Made by a program: the position numbers and the translations under genes. From the NCBI GenBank assembly GCA_003599505.1, contig QZKO01000018.1, forward strand, positions 26,280 through 90,279: 64,000 bases of DNA, written 5' to 3'. Under the pieces are notes generated by a model. That model did not search any database and was not told where the DNA came from. It saw only the letters and a list, made by a program, of their open reading frames with translations. Shown one piece after another: positions 27,665-37,877 of this stretch; within the stretch, counting starts at the first letter, position 1; each line of letters begins with the position of its first letter. The stretch is from Nitrospiraceae bacterium (lineage in GTDB: Bacteria > Nitrospirota > Thermodesulfovibrionia > UBA6902).

Positions 27665-28394
27665 CGATTAAAACTCCTCTCACCTCTTTTTTTGAGGACA
27701 GGTTCATTGCCTTTATCTGCGTTCCGACATATCCCTTCTCTTTCGTCTCACCGGCTGCGGCAATGCTGAACCCCTCCGCGCCTATTAAAAGGACCACCTT
27801 TCTCCCTTTTCTGACAAGTTGTTCTTTTTCCACCATTTCTTCAGCAATTACCATGTCAGCCATAACAGACCGCTTTAAATTTTTTCCGATAACGGCCCCC
27901 GGATCTTTGACGGCGCCCTTCGGGATTTTATTTATATCCATCTCCGACACGTACAGGTCTTCATCCTGTAAAACATATCCCTTATTAAACGGCCTCCTGC
28001 TTTTAACAACAAAGTCAAAAGCCCTGACGTCCGCCCTAACGGTTGTTTTTCGGCTGTTATCATAACTGAAAGAAAAAACCCCTTTGCCGAGCGGGCCCCG
28101 TTCAACTGTTATCAGATCCGGCAGCCGGGCCGGGACATCTCCTGTAACGTGCACATTGCTCACTTCTATCTTTTCCCACGGATAATTTTCCGCCAGGAAT
28201 GCCTGCAGCGCTTCCGCCGGATTCCATGTCTCGTCCGCAAGATCTGAAGTTTGGAAGCCTGAGGCGCATACCGGCAGAAGACAAAAGGCCGCGAAAAGAA
28301 GACAGCGGAGAAATATTCTTGCAGCCGACTCCCGATTTGCGTTTTCCTTATTCTGTATTTTTTTTCTCCTCATCTTTTTCTCCAGGCCTTTCAT
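27636..28394 (-). CDS. flgA: P-ring formation chaperone
   Basis: SAF-like domain; LVRKGRKV, G.VGTQIKAMNLSSKK; gene position. Confidence 0.9.
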   Translation of the reverse strand: MKGLEKKMRRKKIQNKENANRESAARIFLRCLLFAAFCLLPVCASGFQTSDLADETWNPAEALQAFLAENYPWEKIEVSNVHVTGDVPARLPDLITVERGPLGKGVFSFSYDNSRKTTVRADVRAFDFVVKSRRPFNKGYVLQDEDLYVSEMDINKIPKGAVKDPGAVIGKNLKRSVMADMVIAEEMVEKEQLVRKGRKVVLLIGAEGFSIAAAGETKEKGYVGTQIKAMNLSSKKEVRGVLIDENTVRVEL

Positions 28395-28425
28395 TTCCTA
28401 CACCCTACACCCTGCTCCCTACACC

Positions 28426-29214
28426 CTATCTTCTGATATTGTTTGCCATTTGCAGCATTTCATCCGAGGCCTGCACCACCTTTGCGTTCAGCTCATACGC
28501 CCTTTGACTTACTATCATGTTCACCATCTCTTCCACTATATTCACATTGCTCATTTCAAGAAACCCCTGGTTTACAGTCCCCAGTCCGTCAGACGCGGGG
28601 TTCCCGGTAGTCGCTTCACCTGAGGAGCCCGTCGGAAGGAACAGGTTTTTGCCTATCGCGTTCAGGCCGCCCGGATTAATAAACTGGGCCAATTCTATTT
28701 GTCCTACCTGTACAGGCGTAGAGCTGCCGGCCTGTAACACCGACACCGCGCCGTCGGATGTAATGGTAATCTGCAAGGTATTTGAAGGGATTGTGACGGC
28801 GGGCTCCAGAGGATATCCGTCAGAGTTGACCACGCGCCCTTCACTGTCAATCTTGAAAGAGCCTGAACGTGTGTATGAAACCTCCCCGTCAGGCTTCGTT
28901 ATCTGGAAAAAGCCGTTTCCTTCAATTACCAGATCAAGACTGTTGCCGGTGGAAACAAAGTCTCCCTGCTGGAACATCTTCTGGACCGCGGCGGGTTTGA
29001 CGCCGAGACCGACCTGGATGCCGGAAGGAAGCGTGGCCCCTTCAGCCGAAGACGCGCCGGCCGACTTCAGTCCCTGATATAACAGCTCCTGAAAATCCGC
29101 CCTGCTTTTTTTGAACCCCGTGGTATTAACGTTTGCGAGGTTATTGGAGATGACGTCGATACCGAGTCTCTGCGCCTCCATTCCCGTTGCCGCTATAAAT
29201 AATGACCTTTGCAT
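28426..29214 (-). CDS. flgG: Distal basal-body rod protein
   Basis: SNNLANVNTTGFKKSRADFQELLYQ, LEMSNVNIVEEMV. Confidence 0.97.
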   Translation of the reverse strand: MQRSLFIAATGMEAQRLGIDVISNNLANVNTTGFKKSRADFQELLYQGLKSAGASSAEGATLPSGIQVGLGVKPAAVQKMFQQGDFVSTGNSLDLVIEGNGFFQITKPDGEVSYTRSGSFKIDSEGRVVNSDGYPLEPAVTIPSNTLQITITSDGAVSVLQAGSSTPVQVGQIELAQFINPGGLNAIGKNLFLPTGSSGEATTGNPASDGLGTVNQGFLEMSNVNIVEEMVNMIVSQRAYELNAKVVQASDEMLQMANNIRR

Positions 29215-29238
29215 ATCTTATCCCTCCATTTTAACCCC

Positions 29239-29267
29239 GTAAGGGCGGGTTTAAAACCCGCCCCTAC
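29239..29267. repeat. GTAG-type REP-like palindrome, copy 1
   Basis: GTAAGGGCGGGTTTAAAACCCGCCCCTAC; 28 bp shared with 49446-49473. Confidence 0.85.
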
Positions 29268-29279
29268 TCTAAACTTTTA

Positions 29280-29987
29280 TTATTTCCCCAGCTCATTTGC
29301 TACTTTCGACGACGCTTCGTCAAAAGTCTGTATCATCTTCTGATAGGCCTCAAACTCTCTCAGGGACGTAAGCATCTGCACGATCTCCCTCATCGATTCA
29401 ACGTTTGAAGCCTCCAGATATCCCTGGCTTACCGTGGATTTTATCTCTATGCCCTGCTCATCGGCAGCGAATGCTCCGCCGCTGAGTTTCTGTAATTTTT
29501 CTTTCTCCGCGAAATCGACAATCCTGAGCGCGCCTGCGGATATGTCGTCGATAAAGACCTCACCGGCGGCATTCACGTCGATCTTTCTGCCCTGCGCTGA
29601 AATGGGCCCGCCGCTGCCCAGGAGTTTTATATTGTCCTGTGTGGTCAGGTAGCCCTCGCCGTCGATTTTGAAATTACCGTTTCTTGTATACCTGCCGCCT
29701 TCAAGCGCAAAAAAACCTTCGCCGTTTATCGCGAGGTCCAGAGGATTGCCTGTCCTCATTAGAGTGCCGCTCGAAAAGTCGGTCACTACGCGCGAGGTTT
29801 CAGTCATGGTCCTCCCGTCCTCAACAAGAGGAGGCTTGTTGTCGACAGGGATCAGATAATCCTTAAACGCAATACGCTCCTTTTTGTAGCCCGGGGTTGC
29901 CGCGTTCGCGACATTCTGGGCAAAGATATCCAGATGCCTCTGCTTGATGACAGCTCCGGAAAGCGCTATGTATATTCCTTTATACAT
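29280..29987 (-). CDS. flgF: Basal-body rod protein FlgF
   Basis: AQNVANAATPGYK, TGNPLDLAI, YTRNGNF, GYLEASNV. Confidence 0.93.
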   Translation of the reverse strand: MYKGIYIALSGAVIKQRHLDIFAQNVANAATPGYKKERIAFKDYLIPVDNKPPLVEDGRTMTETSRVVTDFSSGTLMRTGNPLDLAINGEGFFALEGGRYTRNGNFKIDGEGYLTTQDNIKLLGSGGPISAQGRKIDVNAAGEVFIDDISAGALRIVDFAEKEKLQKLSGGAFAADEQGIEIKSTVSQGYLEASNVESMREIVQMLTSLREFEAYQKMIQTFDEASSKVANELGK

Positions 29988-30003
29988 TCCTTATTAAGTT
30001 ATC

Positions 30004-30018
30004 GCAAACCTGATGCCA
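30004..30018 (-). promoter_or_regulatory. Sigma54 promoter of the flgF operon
   Basis: TGGCAT-CAGGT-TTGC; IHF-like AATCAGTCACTTA upstream. Confidence 0.8.
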
Positions 30019-30108
30019 GAGATTTATTTTTTCCCGTTAATTTTATTGTTGTGAAATCAGTCACTTATATTTTGCCTTTAAAATCCCTGTGTCAATTTCC
30101 TGTTTGTC

Positions 30109-30147
30109 ACAGGGAAGATATTTCCTTGTATTGAAAATCTTTCCCTG
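30109..30147. promoter_or_regulatory. Candidate enhancer boxes upstream of flgF
   Basis: ACAGGGAAGATATTTCC and an inverted CAGGGAAAGATTTTCA. Confidence 0.55.
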
Positions 30148-30185
30148 CCCCTACTCCCTGCATCCCGCAACATGCCCCTTTATCT

Positions 30186-30353
30186 TTATATCCTGATATC
30201 CACTCTGCCTTCTTTTTTTTCAGGCTCATCCTTGTCCTTTTTTTGTTCCCTGTCCCTGTCCTTCTTCGGATTTCTCCGGGGGGCCTGTCCGGCTTCCCTT
30301 TCCTGTTTTACAGGGAGTATCACGTCTATGTTTTTTAATCCGTCAATCGCCAT
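30186..30353 (-). CDS. 55-aa charged protein after fliA (not in ORF track)
   Basis: MAIDGLKNIDVILPVKQERE...EKKEGRVDIRI*; starts 10 nt after the fliA stop. Confidence 0.65.
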   Translation of the reverse strand: MAIDGLKNIDVILPVKQEREAGQAPRRNPKKDRDREQKKDKDEPEKKEGRVDIRI

Positions 30354-30362
30354 TGCAGCATT

Positions 30363-31094
30363 TCATTTCGCCCATTTGAGCTTTGACTTCAGTTTTACAA
30401 GCGCCTGACTGTGAATCTGACAAACCCTTGACTCCGTAATACTCAGCACCTTCCCTATTTCCTGCATCGTAAGCTCTTCATAGTAATACAATGATAAAAC
30501 CAGTTTTTCCTTTTCAGGCAGACGGTCTATCAGCTCCGCCAGATTCTCCTGCAAATCTTTTTCCTCAAGGGTTTCAAGGGGCGTTTTCGAAGAAGTATCG
30601 GCAATACATTCCGAGAAGTTCAGGTCGCTGTCATTATATTTATTGGTCTTGAAATCCTCGATCCGTACCGGCGATGAAGCGACAGCGTACTGCAATATCC
30701 TGTAATATTCATCGAGGGGCATCTTCAACTGCTTCGCCACCTCGGTATCGTCAGGCGCCCTGCCGTGCTGTTTTTCAAGTCTTTCCCGGGCGCCGTTAAT
30801 TACGTCTATCTTCTTTCTCATGGACCTCGGGATCCAGGCCGTGGCCCTCAGCTCATCGATCATCGCCCCCTTTATGCGCAATTCAGCGTATGTCTTCAGC
30901 TTGACCTTGCCGGGCTCAAACCTTTTAAGCGCGTCCATCAGGCCCATAAGGCCGACGCTTATAAGATCATCGATGGTCACATGGGGAGGGAGTTTCCACG
31001 AAAGCCTGTACGCCGTATACTTTATGTACGGCAAAAACTCCTTGATGATTTGTTCTTTTGTTTCTTCTTTTATCTCTGTCCTGTATTTCAGCAT
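30363..31094 (-). CDS. fliA: Sigma28
   Basis: DDLISVGLMGL, RIKGAMIDELR, LSITESRVCQIHSQA. Confidence 0.96.
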   Translation of the reverse strand: MLKYRTEIKEETKEQIIKEFLPYIKYTAYRLSWKLPPHVTIDDLISVGLMGLMDALKRFEPGKVKLKTYAELRIKGAMIDELRATAWIPRSMRKKIDVINGARERLEKQHGRAPDDTEVAKQLKMPLDEYYRILQYAVASSPVRIEDFKTNKYNDSDLNFSECIADTSSKTPLETLEEKDLQENLAELIDRLPEKEKLVLSLYYYEELTMQEIGKVLSITESRVCQIHSQALVKLKSKLKWAK

Positions 31095-31909
31095 TTTGCC
31101 TTCAACAGACCTCCAAGAAAAAACTGGAGCGTCCCCTTTACATGGTTATTGTTTTCAACGGATATTTTTTCGGCTATCTGCATAATGCTCCTGGCCGCTT
31201 CGCTCTCCGGGTAAACCTCCAGCAGCGCTTTCTGCTGCCGCACCGCCTTTTGCAGGAGGGGGTCATAGGGAACATGTCCCAGATAGTCAAGAGATATGTT
31301 GAGGAATTTCTCCGCCGCGACCGAGAGCCTTCTGAACACTTCTCTCGCCTCTTTTTCGCCTTTCACGTTGTTGACCAGTATCTTGAATTTCTTCTCCTGG
31401 TATTTTGTGAAGAGCACTTTCATAAGGGCGTATGCGTCGGTCATTGCCGTCGGTTCGGCTGATGTTACGATTATGATTTCCTGCGCGGCCATGCAGAAGA
31501 AGGCGACGTTGGAGGATATCCCGGAAGATGTGTCTATAAGGAGATAGTCCACCGGGTCTTCATATCCCTCAAATTCTTCAATAAGCCTCAGTCTCTGGAA
31601 TTCATCAAGCTCCGTGAGCTCCTGGATGCCGGAGCTCGCGGGCAGGACTTTTATCCCGGAGGGACCTTCCACGATAAGGTCCTTCAGCTTCTTTTCCCCC
31701 TTGAACAGATGCCTGATGTTGTACTTTGTCGCCAGGTTCAGCACGACGTCTATATTGCTGAGGCCGAGGTCCGCGTCAAAGACCATCACTTTCTTGTTAA
31801 GCCTGCTGAACCCTATCGCAAGGTTTGCCGTGATATTTGTTTTTCCGACACCGCCTTTGCCGCTCGCTACCGCTATCGTTCTTACTGTCTTTCCTTCCGT
31901 GATGTCCAT
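31088..31909 (-). CDS. flhG: MinD-like ATPase FlhG/FleN
   Basis: SGKGGVGKTN, DADLGLSN, EPTAMTDAY. Confidence 0.95.
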   Translation of the reverse strand: MDITEGKTVRTIAVASGKGGVGKTNITANLAIGFSRLNKKVMVFDADLGLSNIDVVLNLATKYNIRHLFKGEKKLKDLIVEGPSGIKVLPASSGIQELTELDEFQRLRLIEEFEGYEDPVDYLLIDTSSGISSNVAFFCMAAQEIIIVTSAEPTAMTDAYALMKVLFTKYQEKKFKILVNNVKGEKEAREVFRRLSVAAEKFLNISLDYLGHVPYDPLLQKAVRQQKALLEVYPESEAARSIMQIAEKISVENNNHVKGTLQFFLGGLLKAKC

Positions 31910-32973
31910 TATGCGCTCCCTGTTCTCAGAATAAGATTGGTCAGTTTTCTGTTCTCGATAAATTCAATATTGCCCGGGACCCTCTGTCCCGTAGTTATAT
32001 ACGCGACCGGTTTCCTGTAGGTGCGGCACAGGTTATATATGGAACCCAGTTTCACTGCTTCGTCCGTCTTTGTAAAGGCTATATAATCTATAGGAAGACC
32101 GCCGTAGTGCTTATAGGTATCAATGAGGAAGTCACAATCGCTCGAGGCGCTGAGCAGAAGCTGGGTCTCCAGCGGCAGGCCCATTTTATAAATATCCTTG
32201 AGACTCTTTATATATTCATCATCCTTCGGGTTCTGCCCCGTGGTGTCTATAAGCAGGATGTCCCTGTCGTTGAATTTCCTGATGCTTTTTTTCAGGTCCT
32301 GCGCGTTTGAAACAATCTCCAGCGGGACCCCCAGCATTTTCGCGTAAATCCTTATCTGCTCCACCGCCCCTATCTTGAATGTGTCTACCCCGATGACGGC
32401 CGTTCTTCTTCCTTCCTTGACAGCCTTTGAAGCGAGCTTCGCGATTGTAGTAGTTTTCCCCGCGCCTGTGGGGCCTATGAGCATAACGGCCCTCATGTTG
32501 TATCTGCCCGACATGTTCCAGACGCCGGAATAAGGGGTGTCGTAAAGCCTCGAACGGCTTATGTCCTCGGATATCAGCGTTTCCAGGTCTTCTATGCCCC
32601 CGGCCCTTTCCACAAGATTTAACGCGTATTCGTCGCGGATCGACCGTTCCCGGAGAAAATAAAACATTTTCTTCCTGTCCGCGGGCAAGGTCAGCTCGCA
32701 CCCGCTGTTCCGCATGGCTTCGACGCATTCTCTCAGAGTTCTGATTTCATTTTTCAGCTCGGCGATATCGCCCGTTGAAGCCGTGGAGGCCGGCAACACG
32801 CTCTTGCCGTCATAGTGTTCAATGTCAAAGTCGACGGCGGCCGTAATCTCCACATACGGCTTCGAGCCTTTCCTGTCTTGCGAAGAGATGATGACCGCGT
32901 CCTCCCCCAGCTCTCTCTTGACGCTCGCCAGGGCTTCGCTGAAAGTCCTTGCCTGATATTTTTTAATTTTCAT
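31909..32973 (-). CDS. flhF: SRP-type GTPase FlhF
   Basis: GPTGAGKTTTIAKLA, DTTG, TKTDE, GQRVP. Confidence 0.95.
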   Translation of the reverse strand: MKIKKYQARTFSEALASVKRELGEDAVIISSQDRKGSKPYVEITAAVDFDIEHYDGKSVLPASTASTGDIAELKNEIRTLRECVEAMRNSGCELTLPADRKKMFYFLRERSIRDEYALNLVERAGGIEDLETLISEDISRSRLYDTPYSGVWNMSGRYNMRAVMLIGPTGAGKTTTIAKLASKAVKEGRRTAVIGVDTFKIGAVEQIRIYAKMLGVPLEIVSNAQDLKKSIRKFNDRDILLIDTTGQNPKDDEYIKSLKDIYKMGLPLETQLLLSASSDCDFLIDTYKHYGGLPIDYIAFTKTDEAVKLGSIYNLCRTYRKPVAYITTGQRVPGNIEFIENRKLTNLILRTGSA

Positions 32974-34993
32974 AGCGTAACATTCCCCTTATATCCAGAT
33001 TCGCAGTCGATACGATTTCTGCGCTTGAAAGCACTACGATAGACGATGAAATCCTCTCCACAATCCTTCTCAGGTATTTTCTGGCGTTCGGAGAACAGAG
33101 GACGACCGGCTGTATCCCTCTCAGCTTCCCTGATGAAAGGATTTTTTCAATGCTTTTTACCAGCCTGTTTATGACATCCGGGCTTATGGCGCCGCCGTCT
33201 GTCTGCGACATCAGTTTTTCAAAAGTCGGGTCCAGCGTAAATACCGGCAGCCTGCCGTCTTCGCTTACATATTGTTTGGTAATTGTCCTTGAAAGGGACT
33301 GCCTTACGTACTCCGTCAGGGCTTCAGGGTCCTTGATATTGGGTGAATAATCCAGCAGGGTGTCAAAAATCGTGATAATGTCTTTAATCGGGACCCGCTC
33401 CTTAAGGAGGTTCTGCAGCACCCTCTGCACCGCGCCGAGCGTAAGGTTCGCAGGCACAAGCTCTTCGACGATCTTGGGATAGGCTTTTGAAATATTATCC
33501 ATCAGCTTCTGGGTCTCTCTCCTGGTAAGGAGCTCCCAGGCGTGCCCTCTGATAAGCTCCGTAACATGCGTGCCGATAACAGTGGCAGTATCGACAACCA
33601 TGTATCCTGAAAGCTGGGCCTTTTCCACTTCCTTTTCATCGATCCAGTACGCGGGCAGGCCGAACGCGGGTTCTTTCGTGGGAATGCCCTCTATCTTCTC
33701 GGCTTCCCCTGACGCGACGGCAAGCCAGTTCCCCATCATCACCTCTCCCTTTGCTATTTCTACGCCGCGTATCAGAAAACTGTACTCATGGGGCCTGAGC
33801 TGAAGGTTGTCCTTGATATGGATGGGCGCGACGACAAACCCTATCTCTGACGCTATCTGGCGTCTCATCGCCTTTATCTTCCCTAACAGCTCCCCTTTCG
33901 GTTCGTCGACAAGCGGGATAAGACCGTAGCCTATCTCGAGGCTCAGGGGGTCCAGCTCAAGATAAGATTCTATCTTCGGCTCCTCGCCTGCGGGCTGAGG
34001 AGTCGCCTCTGTGTTTTCTTCTTCCGCCGGCATCTTCGTTATAGCATACGCGGTCCCCCCGGCGACGATGGAGACAAGGAAAAACGGAATGTGAGGGAGA
34101 CCGGGGACAAAGCCGAGGACCATCAAGACTCCCGCCACGGTGACAAGGGCCTTCGGGTTCATCAAAATCTGCTGGGTAATGTCTTTGCCTATGTCGCTGT
34201 CTTTGCCTGCGCGGCTCATTACAATGCCCGCTGCGGTTGAAGTAAGAAGCGCCGGTATCTGGGACACCAGACCGTCGCCGATAGTCAGAATCGTATACGT
34301 CGTAGAGGCGTCGCTGAACGGCATGCCTTTCTGGAATACCCCGATGATCAACCCCCCTACGATATTTATTGCCGTGATTACCAGCCCCGCGACGGCGTCG
34401 CCCCTGACAAATTTGCTGGCGCCGTCCATCGAGCCGTAAAAATCCGCTTCCTGCGAGATCAGCTCCCTGCGTCTTCTCGCCTCCCTGTCGTCTATAAGTC
34501 CCGTATTGAGGTCCGCGTCTATAGCCATCTGTTTTCCGGGCATCGCGTCCAGTGTAAACCTGGCCGCGACCTCCGCTATCCTTCCGGAGCCTTTCGTTAT
34601 GACCACAAAATTCACAATTACAAGTATAAGAAATACCACTATCCCGACAGCGTAATTTCCTCCGACCACAAAATTTCCGAAAGACTTTATGACCTGTCCT
34701 GCGGCCTCCACGCCCTCGTTGCCTTTCAGGAGTATCAACCTTGTCGACGCTACATTCAGGGCCAGCCTGTAAAGCGTCGCCAGAAGCAGGACAGAAGGCA
34801 GGACTGAAAAATCGAGAGGTTTCCTGATATATATGGATGTAATAAGAATTGTGACTGACAATGAAATTGAAAGCGTCAGCAGGATATCAAGAAAAAAGGA
34901 TGGAAGAGGAAGGATCATCACCCCGATTATCGATACCGACAGCACGGCGATAAACACATCTTCTCTTTCTTTAAGCATCCTGAAAAAGTTCAT
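32963..34993 (-). CDS. flhA: Flagellar export gate FlhA
   Basis: RLALNVASTR, RIAEVAARFTLDAMPGKQMAIDADL, GSMDGASKFVRGDA; ATG 34993 has the better SD. Confidence 0.97.
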   Translation of the reverse strand: MNFFRMLKEREDVFIAVLSVSIIGVMILPLPSFFLDILLTLSISLSVTILITSIYIRKPLDFSVLPSVLLLATLYRLALNVASTRLILLKGNEGVEAAGQVIKSFGNFVVGGNYAVGIVVFLILVIVNFVVITKGSGRIAEVAARFTLDAMPGKQMAIDADLNTGLIDDREARRRRELISQEADFYGSMDGASKFVRGDAVAGLVITAINIVGGLIIGVFQKGMPFSDASTTYTILTIGDGLVSQIPALLTSTAAGIVMSRAGKDSDIGKDITQQILMNPKALVTVAGVLMVLGFVPGLPHIPFFLVSIVAGGTAYAITKMPAEEENTEATPQPAGEEPKIESYLELDPLSLEIGYGLIPLVDEPKGELLGKIKAMRRQIASEIGFVVAPIHIKDNLQLRPHEYSFLIRGVEIAKGEVMMGNWLAVASGEAEKIEGIPTKEPAFGLPAYWIDEKEVEKAQLSGYMVVDTATVIGTHVTELIRGHAWELLTRRETQKLMDNISKAYPKIVEELVPANLTLGAVQRVLQNLLKERVPIKDIITIFDTLLDYSPNIKDPEALTEYVRQSLSRTITKQYVSEDGRLPVFTLDPTFEKLMSQTDGGAISPDVINRLVKSIEKILSSGKLRGIQPVVLCSPNARKYLRRIVERISSSIVVLSSAEIVSTANLDIRGMLRYEN

Positions 34994-35048
34994 TCCGCTC
35001 CTCTGCAATTAATATTGAATTTTAAATTTTGAATTTTGAATTTCTTTA

Positions 35049-36086
35049 TCATATCTTCCCCTTGATCTTGTAGATATACGCCAGTATCCGCGCAACCGCG
35101 ACATAGAGCTCTTCAGGTATGAAAGTATCGATCTCGTGTTTAAAAAGCGCCCTCGCGAGAGGTTTGTCTTCCACTATCGGCACCCCGTGCTCAGCGGCGA
35201 TTTCCTTTATCTTTTCAGCGACGACCCCGGCGCCTTTCGCGATTATCTTCGGAGCGAACATCTTTCTGTCCTCATACCTGAGCGCAATCGCCAGGTGGGT
35301 CGGGTTGGTAATGACCACCGTGGCCTTAGGCACTTCCTGCATCATACGCTTGCGCGCGGTTTCTTTCTGAATGCTCCTTATCCTTGATTTGATCATCGGG
35401 TCGCCTTCCATCTCCTTGTGCTCTTCCTTGACCTCCTGCTTTGTCATTCTGAGAGACTTTTCATATTGCCATTTCTCCAACAGGAAACTGACAAACGCCA
35501 CCACCAGATAATAAAAAAAGGCAATCCCTACGGCGCGGGCCAGCATCCCGCCGGAAACCTTTACCAGAGCAGGCAGCTCCATTGCCGAAAGCGAAGGAAG
35601 CGCCTTCAGGTCATTCTTTAATACGTAATAGACAACCCATCCGCCTACCGTAAACTTCAGAATGCTCTTTAATAAGTCGGTCAGGCCGCTCAGGGAGAAG
35701 AAACTTTTTATCTTGCCGAGAGGGTTGACCTTTTCGAAATCGAATTTAAAAGGTTTTATGGACCATCCGCTCTGTACAACACTTGTGAATATGACCAGGG
35801 CCATTGCTGTAATAAAGAAAGGAAGGAGTATCTTTGCGCCGTGCAGGAACGCGATCCTGGTCACCTCTATGGGGTCCGTGCCGTACCGCATGCTGAGGAT
35901 GCCGCCTGTAAGCGTCGACATGTCCAGCAACATATATTTGCCGCCGATATAAAATACCATCAGTATTCCGCCTGTCGCAGCCATCGAGACAAGATCCTTG
36001 CTTTGAAGGATCTGTCCCTTTTCTCTTGCCTTCTGCCTCTTTCGGGGCGTCGCCCGTTCAGTTTTTTCCTGGAATTCTTCAGCCAT
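35049..36086 (-). CDS. flhB: Flagellar export switch FlhB
   Basis: EKTE, EGDP, NPTH autocleavage motif. Confidence 0.97.
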   Translation of the reverse strand: MAEEFQEKTERATPRKRQKAREKGQILQSKDLVSMAATGGILMVFYIGGKYMLLDMSTLTGGILSMRYGTDPIEVTRIAFLHGAKILLPFFITAMALVIFTSVVQSGWSIKPFKFDFEKVNPLGKIKSFFSLSGLTDLLKSILKFTVGGWVVYYVLKNDLKALPSLSAMELPALVKVSGGMLARAVGIAFFYYLVVAFVSFLLEKWQYEKSLRMTKQEVKEEHKEMEGDPMIKSRIRSIQKETARKRMMQEVPKATVVITNPTHLAIALRYEDRKMFAPKIIAKGAGVVAEKIKEIAAEHGVPIVEDKPLARALFKHEIDTFIPEELYVAVARILAYIYKIKGKI

Positions 36087-36097
36087 AACTCTTGACT

Positions 36098-36868
36098 CTA
36101 ATCTGTTCTCGCCATTGCGATAATACGCGCCATTTCATTTCGCAAATCAATAATATTCAGGTTAAAGACATGTTCAAAGACCGGGATGCTTAATATAATC
36201 AGCGTCAATCCTAAAAAGATATTAAGCGGCAATGTAATAAAGAATATGTTCATCTGGGGCGCGACCTTGTATAAAAAACCTGTCAGGATATTGCTCAACA
36301 GCAGACCGACAATAACAGGCGCTCCGATTTTTAATGCAAGGACAAACAGCTTATTCCCCAGGGAAATCACTTGAGGGATGACCGGCATGATGTTTAACTG
36401 ACCTGAGGGCAGCAGCTCAAAACTTTTCACGAAGATATATATAATTTCATGATGGGCGTCCATAACAAGAAAATACAGCATCGCCATGACCCCGTAAATC
36501 TCTGAAATCAGCGTAGTCTGGCCCAGTTCAGGGTTAAACACCGCAGCGACGGACAATCCCATAGCCTGACTGATGACATGCCCCGCCAGATTAATTGCCA
36601 TAAAAACAAACCTGACTGTAAGCCCGAGGGCAAAAGCTATAAGGATTTCCTTGATTACCAGCAGCGCTATGACATCCTCCCGGACTTCTACATTAACCAC
36701 CGGCGTCAGCATAATCGCTATAAAAACCGCTAAGCCCAGCCTGAACTGTCCCGGCATTTCTTTTCCTCCGATAATAGGCAGCAGGCTGACAAAGATGCTG
36801 CTCCTGATAAGGATGACCAGGAAGTTGGTGATGTATGGTGAGAGAGATTCTATAGTTATATTATTCAT
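36098..36868 (-). CDS. fliR: Flagellar export protein FliR
   Basis: Start MNNITIE overlapping fliQ stop (ATGA); APQMNIF. Confidence 0.93.
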   Translation of the reverse strand: MNNITIESLSPYITNFLVILIRSSIFVSLLPIIGGKEMPGQFRLGLAVFIAIMLTPVVNVEVREDVIALLVIKEILIAFALGLTVRFVFMAINLAGHVISQAMGLSVAAVFNPELGQTTLISEIYGVMAMLYFLVMDAHHEIIYIFVKSFELLPSGQLNIMPVIPQVISLGNKLFVLALKIGAPVIVGLLLSNILTGFLYKVAPQMNIFFITLPLNIFLGLTLIILSIPVFEHVFNLNIIDLRNEMARIIAMARTD

Positions 36869-37134
36869 TTTATATAATTCGGTATCTGCTCTATCAGGTT
36901 CGTAGTAAAAGACATAAGCTTTCCCAACATCCACGGCATCATAAGAAAGATACATATAAACACTGCAAGCATCTTGGGCACAAATGTCAGTGTAAACTCC
37001 TGTATCTGCGTCACCGTCTGGAAAAAACCGACCAGCACGCCGACGACCAGACCGGTGAGCAGCGGCGGACCGGCAACGAGCATCGTAATTTTGAACACTT
37101 CCTCTGAAATCCCTCTTACAAATTCCGGACTCAT
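36865..37134 (-). CDS. fliQ: Flagellar export protein FliQ
   Basis: FQTVTQIQEFTLTFVPK. Confidence 0.96.
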   Translation of the reverse strand: MSPEFVRGISEEVFKITMLVAGPPLLTGLVVGVLVGFFQTVTQIQEFTLTFVPKMLAVFICIFLMMPWMLGKLMSFTTNLIEQIPNYIK

Positions 37135-37877
37135 GCAAAACTCCTTACCATTGAACCGATTATCAGGTTCCAGCCGTCGACAAGCACAAACAGGAGCAGT
37201 TTAAAAGGCAGCGATATCATGACCGGCGGAAGCATCATCATTCCCATGCTCAGCAGTATGCTGGCTATCACCATGTCTATTATCAAAAACGGCAGAAACA
37301 GCAGGAACCCGATTTCAAACGCGGTCTTCAGCTCGCTTATCGCAAAAGCGGGAACGAGCACGCTTACCGAAAGCTCCCCCGGGGTTTTGGGAGCGGGCTG
37401 CTTCGACAGACCGACAAACAGCGCAATGTCTTTCTGCCTTGTCTGTTTCAGCATGAACTCCTTTAAAGGCGGGAGGGCCTGGGTGACCGCTTCCCCGAAA
37501 TCTATGTCTTCTTCGATATATGGCGTAATCGCCTTTTCATTAATCACATTAATTGTCGGAGACATTATAAAAAAAGTCAGAAACAGCGCAAGCCCGATAA
37601 TTACAGGGTTCGGCGGTATGCTCTGTCCTCCGAAGGCGTGACGCAGGAATGAAAGCACCACGACAATGCGCGTGAACGAAGTAAACATTATCAGCACGGC
37701 CGGCAGGAATGAAAGGAAACTGATCAACAGGAATATCTGGATTAACGGGTTATCGATCTCCTGCAAGTCAATCGCGTGCGCGGGGGACGCGGCAGCGAAG
37801 ACGCAGAACAGGAGAATTACTACTGCAGCAACTGCTTTTGCATTTTGAATTTTGAATCTTGAATTTTGAATCTTCAT
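37131..37877 (-). CDS. fliP: Flagellar export protein FliP
   Basis: TSFTRI, PAFAISELKTAF, GMMMLPP, FVLVDGW. Confidence 0.97.
   Translation of the reverse strand: MKIQNSRFKIQNAKAVAAVVILLFCVFAAASPAHAIDLQEIDNPLIQIFLLISFLSFLPAVLIMFTSFTRIVVVLSFLRHAFGGQSIPPNPVIIGLALFLTFFIMSPTINVINEKAITPYIEEDIDFGEAVTQALPPLKEFMLKQTRQKDIALFVGLSKQPAPKTPGELSVSVLVPAFAISELKTAFEIGFLLFLPFLIIDMVIASILLSMGMMMLPPVMISLPFKLLLFVLVDGWNLIIGSMVRSFA

Noticed and set aside
36869-37138. Long N-terminal extension of FliR
   Set aside because: Alternative frame over fliQ; the real start at 36868 couples to the fliQ stop.
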